The position numbers and the translations under genes are program-made. Shown piece after piece: positions 1 through 8,811 of a stretch of DNA of 64,000 nt. The number at the start of each line of letters is the position of its first letter. Positions within the stretch are counted from its first letter, which is position 1. The stretch spans positions 1,899,630 through 1,963,629 of the forward strand of contig AP023240.1 in the NCBI GenBank assembly GCA_016592635.1, written 5' to 3'. The DNA comes from Methyloprofundus sp. Lineage in GTDB: Bacteria > Pseudomonadota > Gammaproteobacteria > Methylococcales > Methylomonadaceae. Under the pieces are notes generated by a model. It had not been told where the DNA came from. It made no database searches and saw only the letters and a program-made list of their open reading frames with translations.

Positions 1-1
1 C

Positions 2-172
2 ATGAATGAAGATACTTTAAATATGGAAGTACGTAAGTTTCTCAAACAGGTGGGTGTTACATCACAACGAGAAATTGAACATGCCATTCTTAAAGCTGTT
101 GAGGAAGGGCGCTTGCAAGGTTCTGAAAAACTGGACATAAAAATGACCCTTGAATTATCACACTTGATTTAA
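2..172 (+). CDS. small conserved hypothetical protein (56 aa, DUF6494-like)
   Basis: ATG at 2 and TAA at 170-172. Translation is MNEDTLNMEVRKFLKQVGVTSQREIEHAILKAVEEGRLQGSEKLDIKMTLELSHLI. It is below the 60-aa cutoff of the ORF track. Family assignment is from memory only. Confidence 0.4.
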   Translation: MNEDTLNMEVRKFLKQVGVTSQREIEHAILKAVEEGRLQGSEKLDIKMTLELSHLI

Positions 173-259
173 CGCATAGCATAAAGGGTAATGTGGCTTT
201 GGAATAATACATTTCTATAATAATTTGTTTTATTGTAAAAATAATGCTTTTGTTTGGTT

Positions 260-383
260 ATGGATAACAAACCAACACTAAAAAGGATTATTACCTTACC
301 TTTAATTAGTTTTTTATGGTGCCGGGACGATTCTAGGTGCTGGTATTTATGTCCTGATAGGCAAGATTACCGCTGTTCTTTAG
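260..383 (+). pseudogene. remnant of an APC-family amino acid permease N-terminus (frameshifted, truncated)
   Basis: ATG at 260 gives MDNKPTLKRIITLPLISFL. A shifted frame continues GAGTILGAGIYVLIGKITAVL then TAG at 381-383. LKR...G.G.ILGAGIYVLIG is the typical first TM segment of APC permeases. Only about 40 codons remain. Confidence 0.45.
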
Positions 384-552
384 TTGTGTTTTTGGTATTG
401 AAATATATAGACCACATCACTTAAAAAGTTAAACCGTGATGACGTTAAATCTAGATACATTAGGATAAGTATTAATGGATAAACAAAACCCTTTTTATTT
501 GATGTAAATTATGTAATGATTGCTCTATTAGTTTGTTTTATTAGGGTTTTGG

Positions 553-2925
553 GTGATTGTAATGGCAGCAGTAATGGAAGAGAAGGCGATACGAGGTTTG
601 CGTGAAATAGCCTTGTTGGGCTTTACCGTGATCGCACTTTTTTATTTTCTTGCTTTAGGCACCTTTAGCCATGAAGATGCAGGTTGGTCGCATAGCGGTA
701 CGGGCATGGCAATTGTTAATGCGGGGGGCGTGGTTGGCGCTTGGGTTGCTGATATTTCTTTGAGCTTTTTTGGTATGGCTGCTTTTCTCTTTCCTGTACT
801 TATTTTATGGCAAGGCTATCTGTTTTTTGCCAATAAATCGGATGACAGCCCTAACTGGATAAAATATTCGCGTTGGGTTGGTTTGTTGTTAGCCATTATT
901 GCCGCCACGACCTTTTGCTATTTACATGTATTGCGCTGTTTGGTTGAGTTGCCAAGAAATAGTGGTGGGATTGTTGGTCAGGAGTTAGGGGATTTAATGG
1001 TGATTACCTTTGGTAATTCTGGGGCGACTTTACTGGTACTAGCCACTTTTTTTGCAGGTGTTACTCTATATACCAATATTTCATGGCTTAATGTGATGCA
1101 AGTCGTGGGTAAATATACTTTGTCTGGCAGTGATTTTTTGTATAACAAATTGACCCAAGTTAGGGAAAAAACAGTACCTGAACAACCTATTGTAGCAACG
1201 AATGTCACTCCTGAAAAAACGCATCCTAGAAAAGTAACTAAACCCAAAGGCCTAGATGCTGGTGATTTAATTGCCTTTACAAATGAACCGTTGGCAAAAG
1301 AAAGTAAAACAGAGCCAGTTATTAATATACTGAATGCCATGCAAAATGAGTCAGAGAAACCAGCTGTTGTTATTGCGAAAAAACAACAGGTTGATTTATT
1401 TGATGATAAGGATGCGATTAAGCCAGGAGATTTGCCGAGTGCTGAATTGCTAGACCACAGAGATACCGCTGTGCAAGGCTATACCACTGATGAGTTGACT
1501 GATATGTCGCGCTTGGTGGAACAGGCATTACAGGACTTTAATGTTGTGGTAGAGGTCACAGCTGTTTTTCCTGGACCAGTCATTACTCGGTTTGAAATGC
1601 AACCTGCTGCTGGTATAAAGGTCAGTAAGATTACTGGTTTAGCAAAGGATTTAGCACGCGCTTTATCGGTAACCAGTGTGCGGATTGTTGAAGTTATTGC
1701 GGGTAAATCGGTGATTGGTTTAGAGATCCCTAACCAAGAACGCGAAATGGTTTCATTCAGGGAAGGGCTGGAATCAACAAAATTTAAGCGTGCAAAATCA
1801 CCTTTAACTTTATTATTGGGTAAGGATATATCAGGAGCGCCTGTTACTGCTGATTTAGGAAAAATGCCGCATTTATTAGTGGCAGGAACCACTGGGTCGG
1901 GTAAGTCGGTTGCGATTAATACCATGATTCTCAGCATGTTATATAAGTCGACACCTGATGACGTGCGCATGATTATGATTGACCCCAAAATGCTGGAGTT
2001 ATCTGTTTATGAAGGGATTCCGCATTTGTTGACTCCGGTAGTCACCGATATGAAAGATGCGGCTAATGCCTTGCGCTGGGCGGTGGCAGAAATGGAACGC
2101 CGTTATAAATTAATGTCTAAGGTTGGAGTTAGGAATTTAGCCGGTTTTAATAAACTGGTTGTTGAAGCAGAAAAAAATAGCGAACCGATTAAAGATCCGA
2201 TGTATACCTATGAGGTGGAGCTGGCTGAAGGGGAAAGCATTCCCACTTTGAGTAGTTTGCCGCATATTGTTATTGTCGTAGATGAATTAGCTGACATGAT
2301 GATGATAGTGGGTAAAAAAGTGGAAGAACTTATTGCGCGTTTGGCTCAAAAAGCACGCGCGGCAGGTATTCATTTGATTTTAGCAACGCAACGGCCATCA
2401 GTTGATGTGTTGACCGGATTAATTAAAGCTAATGTGCCGTCACGTCTTTCATTTCAAGTCTCATCACGTATTGATTCGCGCACAGTCCTTGATCAAGGGG
2501 GCGCTGAATTTTTGCTAGGTAATGGCGATATGTTATTTATGCCTTCAGGAACAAATATCCCTATTCGTGCGCATGGTGCCTTTGTGGATGATCACGAAGT
2601 ACATCATGTGGTCGAGTTTTTGAAAAAAACAGCTCCAGCCAATTACTTGTCTGAAATTACCCAAGAATATAGCGATAGTGGTGATGGTAGTTTTGTTTCA
2701 GGAGATGAAGCCATTGATTCAGAAATGGATGAACTCTATGATCAAGCGGTACAGTTTGTTACCGAATCACGTAAAGCTTCTATTTCCAGTGTACAGCGGC
2801 GTTTAAAGGTGGGTTATAACCGTGCTGCATCAATGATAGAAGCAATGGAAATGGCTGGAGTCATTAGCACCGCTGAAGGTAGTGGTGCCCGACAAGTACT
2901 TGCGCCACCGCCCGTAGGAGAGTAG
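553..2925 (+). CDS. ftsK: DNA translocase FtsK
   Basis: 790-aa ORF with N-terminal TM helices, Walker A GTTGSGKS and Walker B VVDELAD. The C-terminal gamma winged-helix reads ISSVQRRLKVGYNRAASMIEAME. Start is uncertain (GTG 553 versus ATG 562/574). Confidence 0.95.
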   Translation: MIVMAAVMEEKAIRGLREIALLGFTVIALFYFLALGTFSHEDAGWSHSGTGMAIVNAGGVVGAWVADISLSFFGMAAFLFPVLILWQGYLFFANKSDDSPNWIKYSRWVGLLLAIIAATTFCYLHVLRCLVELPRNSGGIVGQELGDLMVITFGNSGATLLVLATFFAGVTLYTNISWLNVMQVVGKYTLSGSDFLYNKLTQVREKTVPEQPIVATNVTPEKTHPRKVTKPKGLDAGDLIAFTNEPLAKESKTEPVINILNAMQNESEKPAVVIAKKQQVDLFDDKDAIKPGDLPSAELLDHRDTAVQGYTTDELTDMSRLVEQALQDFNVVVEVTAVFPGPVITRFEMQPAAGIKVSKITGLAKDLARALSVTSVRIVEVIAGKSVIGLEIPNQEREMVSFREGLESTKFKRAKSPLTLLLGKDISGAPVTADLGKMPHLLVAGTTGSGKSVAINTMILSMLYKSTPDDVRMIMIDPKMLELSVYEGIPHLLTPVVTDMKDAANALRWAVAEMERRYKLMSKVGVRNLAGFNKLVVEAEKNSEPIKDPMYTYEVELAEGESIPTLSSLPHIVIVVDELADMMMIVGKKVEELIARLAQKARAAGIHLILATQRPSVDVLTGLIKANVPSRLSFQVSSRIDSRTVLDQGGAEFLLGNGDMLFMPSGTNIPIRAHGAFVDDHEVHHVVEFLKKTAPANYLSEITQEYSDSGDGSFVSGDEAIDSEMDELYDQAVQFVTESRKASISSVQRRLKVGYNRAASMIEAMEMAGVISTAEGSGARQVLAPPPVGE

Positions 2926-2927
2926 TC

Positions 2928-3113
2928 ATGAATTATGCATTAATTGGTGGCATGATCTTGATATTCGCCACTTTCGGCGGCTGGATTTTGGTTAAGCTTA
3001 GGCACACTGATAAATCCAAACAAGTTAAATGGGCATTATTTGTATTGTATTTTTGGTTGTTGAATTTTGTGCAGTTGATTGGTTTAGCAGTGGTGTATCA
3101 ATTAACACAATAG
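2928..3113 (+). CDS. small hydrophobic protein, unknown function
   Basis: 61-aa ORF starting 3 nt after the ftsK stop, with two hydrophobic helices. No family recognised. Confidence 0.3.
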   Translation: MNYALIGGMILIFATFGGWILVKLRHTDKSKQVKWALFVLYFWLLNFVQLIGLAVVYQLTQ

Positions 3114-3455
3114 ACTAGATAGTCTAAAAATTAGATCAGTTATCTCATATCAGTAGTCTAGTTTTTCTCTTAACTAACGGATATTGTTACCTTATTTCCT
3201 TACTATGATGCTGGTTTTATGAGTGTCATCACAGCAGGGCAATCGGCAATCGGGTTTAAATTGCACCAATAATCTTGAGCAAATAATCATTGTCCTAGCC
3301 AGCCATTAAGTGCCTTGTTTTAATACCAACCTTAGATGGTTGTTTAGTTTTAATCGTTCAGAAAACAGTTTTGTGCAATGGTGCCTTTAAATATTGTAAA
3401 AAGGCGTATGGTATAGCGCAAAAATCAGCCTTCCTTGGCTGATAATATCAGGTGC

Positions 3456-4232
3456 TTAATCTTCCCCTAAGCTTCGTGTTGCAGGTAGTGCATCTTGCAC
3501 TGCTTGTTCTTGGTCGGATGCGCCACACATAGGTTGTTCCCAGCCTGGTGAGCCACCGTCTATAAAAGTAAGATTGTCATCTCCATCTTTACTCGGGCCA
3601 GCAGGGACATAGTCTAATTTAGCTAGATTACGTACTTTCCATGAAATAACGTGGTCTTCGCACGACGAGCTTCCACTAACACCTAAGCCGCCAATAAGAG
3701 TGCCGGCTGAATTATATAATCCTAGACCGCCACCAAACTGGATAAGTCCGCCATGTACTTTACCTAGCATTGGATCTGCAGCTGTACCAAAATCTGTTGC
3801 TGGTCCCATATAAGCAACGCTGGTATCTACAGGAGATGCATTGGATACATGCCACAAGCTTCCGCCTGGCTGGGTTGCTTGGTATAGATTGGCTGTTGAT
3901 AATGCGAATCCAGGTAGGCTAAGTGAATTAGCGGTATAAGCTTTTGCTGCAGCAATATTTCTGCTGTCAGGCCATTGGTCGCCTCTATCATCACCGCTAA
4001 ATACCACGGCGCAAACTTCACCATCACGATTGACTATATTGGCCCACATATGGAAACCAAAGCCACCGTTATCTTGAGCTTGGACTGCTTTGAGTAGGCT
4101 TTTTAAACCATCATGTATTGCAGTTTTGCTTGCTTCATCTGGGCAAATATTAACCACCTCAGCAGAAACAGACATTGAACTGGCAGCCAGTGCACAACCA
4201 AGAGCTAGTTTCTTATAGTTTGTTGAATGCAT
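3456..4232 (-). CDS. secreted GlcG/HbpS-like (DUF336) haem-binding protein
   Basis: 258 aa with a signal peptide ending SSMSVSA-EV. The C-terminal GGLGVSGSSSCEDH motif resembles the GlcG/HbpS fold. Confidence 0.6.
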   Translation of the reverse strand: MHSTNYKKLALGCALAASSMSVSAEVVNICPDEASKTAIHDGLKSLLKAVQAQDNGGFGFHMWANIVNRDGEVCAVVFSGDDRGDQWPDSRNIAAAKAYTANSLSLPGFALSTANLYQATQPGGSLWHVSNASPVDTSVAYMGPATDFGTAADPMLGKVHGGLIQFGGGLGLYNSAGTLIGGLGVSGSSSCEDHVISWKVRNLAKLDYVPAGPSKDGDDNLTFIDGGSPGWEQPMCGASDQEQAVQDALPATRSLGED

Positions 4233-4330
4233 CTTTTTTCCTTTATATTCTTTTAGTTATAGGAAAAAGAACAATAGCCTTTCTATTGATTTATGTCAAA
4301 TAACATCGATTAATTTTAAGGGACTCCAAT

Positions 4331-6790
4331 TTATTGTAAGTTATTGATTTCAGATGAAATAATTTTATTTCCATGAATATAATGCACAGTTTGATTTTGT
4401 ATGACTGCTCGGTCATTGAGAAAATCATAGTAGTTGCTATTTTCTATATTGATAGATGTTGCTGACTCAGTAATTAATTTGCCATCTAGTTGTAATTTAG
4501 CATCACCAGAAAGGTCAATATCAAATACATATAAACCTGTATGTGTCCAATTATAGTAGATAGAATCTATATTATTTTGTGATCCGAAATAAGGTTTGTT
4601 AAAAGAGTCATGTAGTTCAATGGGCAGGGCAAGCTTGTAGTGATTGGCATCACTAGCTAATAAAGCTAAGCCATGATGATCATGTAATACGGTTGCATCA
4701 GTACCACGCTTACCAATGATCAGTGAATTGACTTCACTTAAATTTTCTGCGCTGGAAACATCAAATAAAGCAACTTTAACACCTTGATACCACGTTATTT
4801 CATTAGCTGCATCACTGACTGCATCTTTACCAATCCCTAATAAATAGTGGTTCCCAATTGGCTGTAAATAATCTGAGTAGCCATTTATTTCTAATTCACC
4901 TAAAACAACTGGTGCTTCAGGTGTACTAAAGTCTAATACGATTAATGGGTCGGTTTGTTTAAAAGTAACTAAATAGCCACGATCGCCAAGAAAGCGAGCG
5001 GCATATAAACGCTCACCAGGCTTGCCTAAATTATCAATAGTGCTGACTTCGACTAAGCTTTTACTACTAGGTTCTTCTTTTAATACGGTAATCTTAGTGC
5101 GTGAATCTATGCCCCAAGAATTACCTGCAGAGGTAGCGATACGTAAGGTGTCTTGATATTCACCAAAGCGAAAGGGTTTTTTCTCTTGATCCCAGCCTAA
5201 ATGGCCTGTTGCTTGCCCAGAACCACGATAATCCATGGCAGCACTTTGTAAGGAAAATTTGTGTACTTCGGTGACTTGCTCTTGCGCATAATCATAATTT
5301 AGAAAAGTGCCACTGTTTGTGTAAGGGTAGCGACTCGTCGCAAAATATAAAGCATTTGGTGAGGCATAGAATGTTTCCAAGTTGCCTGCAATACAACGGC
5401 TTTGTATAGCGCTGGGATTGTTGACTGGAATAGCGGTAATAACACTTAAGTTGGCTTGGTTATAGTAGTCTTTATTTTGTGGGGCGATAAAACAGGCATC
5501 ACTATTTACTAATGCTTGTTTCAGCATATCTTCACTATAATAATGGGGTAGAAAAAAATCTAGTGGTGGCTTGATTATTGGACTAGAGTTATCTTGTGTT
5601 ACTTCAGGTGCTGCTTGTAATATTGGCTCAGGGAAGAAATACGGCATTTGGTAAGTACTAGAATAACGACTTAAAATATACAAGACACCATCCACTAATC
5701 GACTGGATAATAGCTCACCGTCAATAGTGAGTTGCTGTTGAATTGATAATTGCGCTGGGTTATCGGCATCAATAAACTTGATAGTTATTTTGTTATCGTA
5801 AGCACTCCAGTTCGAGTACTCTGATGGTTTGGGTTGCCATGAATTTTCAGCACTCAGCCATATTAATGAGCGTGGGCTAGTTTCTTGCGCGCTTCTTAAA
5901 TAAAGTTCACCTAAGCGTTTCGTTGCATAGTAATTATATTCTGCTTCTGTTTCTGTTAATTGCAGAGAGCCCATTTCGGTTGCTTGGGCAGGGTTAGCTT
6001 GCAGTTGATAGCTATGTAAGCAGCTTTGTTGCAGGTCATTTGCACAAGTATGTAAAGCAAATAATAAATCACCTTCGGTTTTAATTCGATCACCTTCATC
6101 CACTCCTACTTCTTGGAGGGTAGTACCTGATATGCTAGTAGCTGCTCCTTCTGTTGTCGCTGCAGCGGGGGAAGCAGTATCTAAAGAAATGAAGGCAATG
6201 TCATTATAACGGTAGAAATAGTTTTGAGAGTTGATCGCTGCTTGATATAGATAATCGTGTAAAACCTCTGGATGGCTGACAGGATGTAAATTATGACTAT
6301 TTTCGGCAAAAACAACTAATGTTGTCGGGCTTTCAGTATATTTAACATCACCAATACGTGTTTTATAGCCTGCATAAATAAGGTATTCCCCGGGAGGTAG
6401 AGTATTGTCATCAAGAACAGTGAGTTTTTCGGAAGTGCTTAAAGTCAGGTTTTGGGTCGCGATTATGGCAGTATTGTTATCCCAAGCTTGCCAAATATGA
6501 TCCGCATTGCGGATATAGTTTAAGTCACCTATTTTAGCAACTAAATATAATTCACTAGTAAAGCCCACATCTTCAGCAGCCACTTGAATATTAAAGCTTA
6601 AGACGATATTTTCAGAAGAAAGTAGGGTTGTACCTACCACGTTAAGTTCATGACTAATAGCAGCCAAACCTTCAGTGCTTTTTTCACCAATAGCAATAGC
6701 TGTGGAGCTAGCTGCTATGGGGATATGGCACGCGAGTATAGTGAATAGAATGGGTTTTAATGAGGGCATGAAGTAACTCCTGTATATCAT
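4331..6790 (-). CDS. secreted beta-propeller domain protein (PF09826-like)
   Basis: 819 aa with an N-terminal signal. The C-terminal block YAARFLGDRGYLVTFKQTDPLIVLDFSTPEAPVVLGELEINGYSDYLQPIG matches the Beta_propel family signature as I remember it. Confidence 0.7.
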   Translation of the reverse strand: MIYRSYFMPSLKPILFTILACHIPIAASSTAIAIGEKSTEGLAAISHELNVVGTTLLSSENIVLSFNIQVAAEDVGFTSELYLVAKIGDLNYIRNADHIWQAWDNNTAIIATQNLTLSTSEKLTVLDDNTLPPGEYLIYAGYKTRIGDVKYTESPTTLVVFAENSHNLHPVSHPEVLHDYLYQAAINSQNYFYRYNDIAFISLDTASPAAATTEGAATSISGTTLQEVGVDEGDRIKTEGDLLFALHTCANDLQQSCLHSYQLQANPAQATEMGSLQLTETEAEYNYYATKRLGELYLRSAQETSPRSLIWLSAENSWQPKPSEYSNWSAYDNKITIKFIDADNPAQLSIQQQLTIDGELLSSRLVDGVLYILSRYSSTYQMPYFFPEPILQAAPEVTQDNSSPIIKPPLDFFLPHYYSEDMLKQALVNSDACFIAPQNKDYYNQANLSVITAIPVNNPSAIQSRCIAGNLETFYASPNALYFATSRYPYTNSGTFLNYDYAQEQVTEVHKFSLQSAAMDYRGSGQATGHLGWDQEKKPFRFGEYQDTLRIATSAGNSWGIDSRTKITVLKEEPSSKSLVEVSTIDNLGKPGERLYAARFLGDRGYLVTFKQTDPLIVLDFSTPEAPVVLGELEINGYSDYLQPIGNHYLLGIGKDAVSDAANEITWYQGVKVALFDVSSAENLSEVNSLIIGKRGTDATVLHDHHGLALLASDANHYKLALPIELHDSFNKPYFGSQNNIDSIYYNWTHTGLYVFDIDLSGDAKLQLDGKLITESATSINIENSNYYDFLNDRAVIQNQTVHYIHGNKIISSEINNLQ

Positions 6791-7159
6791 AACTAATGGT
6801 AAGGGATTGTAATTTTATTGGATCCATAGGGTATTAAGAAATGTAGCATGGTTCTTAATGCCTTAATACATTTTATGGTTTTAGCAATCTTACCAAGCTA
6901 ATGATTAGTAAGTTGTTAAAAATTGTTATTTGGAAGTTTAATCTTGGGCGCAACGGGAGATGTTACCTTGTTTTAAACGTTTGGAATGTGGCGGTGTTAT
7001 AGGTGAAAGCGTTACAATCCTATCCAATAACATAATTTATTGTTTGTTGAGTGTTTTATTTTATTGACTTAATGGCAGTGATGTTGTCTGCATACCTACA
7101 TAATAGTTGTTCCTTTTTTAGGGGATAACAAATTTTTTACTTATAAAGGAGTATACAAA

Positions 7160-7507
7160 ATGATGATGCAACAATTTGGTTTATGCAGTATTCGCTTGGT
7201 ACAAATAATTACCTGTACAATTTTAGGCACTTTATTTGTAGCTCCCGTGATAGCTGAGGAACAATACGGCCGCTATAGAGCGATAGTTTTGCATGATGGT
7301 GGGCAATCAACCAAATCAGGGAATTTGATTCCAAAAGTTTTTATTATGGATTCACAAGAGGGACATATGTGGGTTTTAGATCAAAATACCAAGCTTAATA
7401 ACCCGAATGGTCATTTTTCTTTAGGGACAGTTTTGACTTATCAAGGGCAGGTACGCCCCGGTAAGAAAATGGGGGAAATTGTTGAGCAGGCGGCAACTTT
7501 ACGGTAA
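7160..7507 (+). CDS. small secreted hypothetical protein
   Basis: 115 aa with a hydrophobic signal-like N-terminus (LGTLFVAPVIA-EE) and an AGGAG-like RBS upstream. No family recognised. Confidence 0.4.
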   Translation: MMMQQFGLCSIRLVQIITCTILGTLFVAPVIAEEQYGRYRAIVLHDGGQSTKSGNLIPKVFIMDSQEGHMWVLDQNTKLNNPNGHFSLGTVLTYQGQVRPGKKMGEIVEQAATLR

Positions 7508-7513
7508 TTGAAA

Positions 7514-8791
7514 CTATTCAGAGCCTTTATTTACTGAGTTGGTATTAGCAGTACGTGTTTTTTCTAGGGTTGCATGCAATAAGTTTAAAAAAGACGGATC
7601 TTTTAATGTGCCTACATGACTGTTATTGAAACCATAAATCCTAGTTGCATTTTCTTGTATTTTATAGGGTATTTGGCTTTGTAAAGTGACAACTCCATCA
7701 TCTCCTTCATCTGGTAGGTAAGAAAATACCAAGTGATAGGGGATATTATCTGGTAAAAACCAACTATTTAAGTCGTTTAGAAATTGACTTTTGGGCTTTA
7801 AATCACGCCATGAGGGTATTATGATCGGTAAACGTTCAACTTTTTCAGTGCTTTGCATGCCTGCTAGTGGGCTATTAACAGTGATTAAAAGTTGAATACT
7901 ATCCGCGAGGTCGGGGTAAGTTTGTAAATATTTTTTTATGGTAGAGCGAGCAACAAGCCCTCCCATACTATGTGCAACAATATATAGTTTTTTAAATTGA
8001 TACTTATCTTGCAGGAGGGCAATAGCCTTAATGAGATAATTTGAAATCATATCAAGCCGTAGACCGCTTGGGTAATAAGAGACCCAAGGCTGGAAATGAT
8101 GTTCATCAATACTTTCGATAGCCATTTTCCAATCTAAGGGGCCGCCATTTATTCCATGTATAAACAGTACTGGGGTTTTATTAGCTTGATATTCTTGCAG
8201 AAAAAATAAGCCACCACCAACCTTGTCGATAAATTGTAACGGTGTCCATAAGCCCATTGAGTAGTTTTTACGTTGTAGTAGTGGATCATTTAAGTGTATT
8301 AGCCTCCCTATTGATTTGCTGAGTTTCTCTTGAGAGTATTGACTACTGTACCCATTTATACGTGCAAGTGGTTTTTCTGAAATTGTAAAATCTGCATTGT
8401 TAAAGGTTTCGCCTGAATGGATAGTGATAGGTGACGGAGCATGTTGTTTGAGACTATATAGTCCCGCATGTTCATTATCTTGTCGTTTTCCATCATGGTT
8501 ATTATCAATAAAGGCTGCTAAATAATAAGTTCCAGGGAAAACGTCCATTTGATAATGACCGGAAGGAGTAGTGCGGGAATAAGAGTCAGCAATATAAGTC
8601 TTATCTTTCAGCGTATATCGGTAGACAATAATTGGCCCTTGTTGTGACGAATGACGTTGTACTTGCCCTTTAATGACGGCAGCACTTTCAAGTTTATTAA
8701 CTTCTTCAGATACCTCTAGTAGAGAACAGCCGTTGATATTAACCAGAAAACAAGAAAAAAGTAGACAATAAGTGATTGATTTTATAAGCAT
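7514..8791 (-). CDS. lipoprotein alpha/beta-hydrolase (lipase/esterase-like)
   Basis: 425 aa with a lipoprotein-type signal (FLVNINGC) and a nucleophile elbow VAHSMGGLVA. The ATG lies 20 nt downstream of the RND stop on the same strand. Confidence 0.7.
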   Translation of the reverse strand: MLIKSITYCLLFSCFLVNINGCSLLEVSEEVNKLESAAVIKGQVQRHSSQQGPIIVYRYTLKDKTYIADSYSRTTPSGHYQMDVFPGTYYLAAFIDNNHDGKRQDNEHAGLYSLKQHAPSPITIHSGETFNNADFTISEKPLARINGYSSQYSQEKLSKSIGRLIHLNDPLLQRKNYSMGLWTPLQFIDKVGGGLFFLQEYQANKTPVLFIHGINGGPLDWKMAIESIDEHHFQPWVSYYPSGLRLDMISNYLIKAIALLQDKYQFKKLYIVAHSMGGLVARSTIKKYLQTYPDLADSIQLLITVNSPLAGMQSTEKVERLPIIIPSWRDLKPKSQFLNDLNSWFLPDNIPYHLVFSYLPDEGDDGVVTLQSQIPYKIQENATRIYGFNNSHVGTLKDPSFLNLLHATLEKTRTANTNSVNKGSE

Positions 8792-8811
8792 AGGGGGGGC
8801 ATTTGAGGTGA

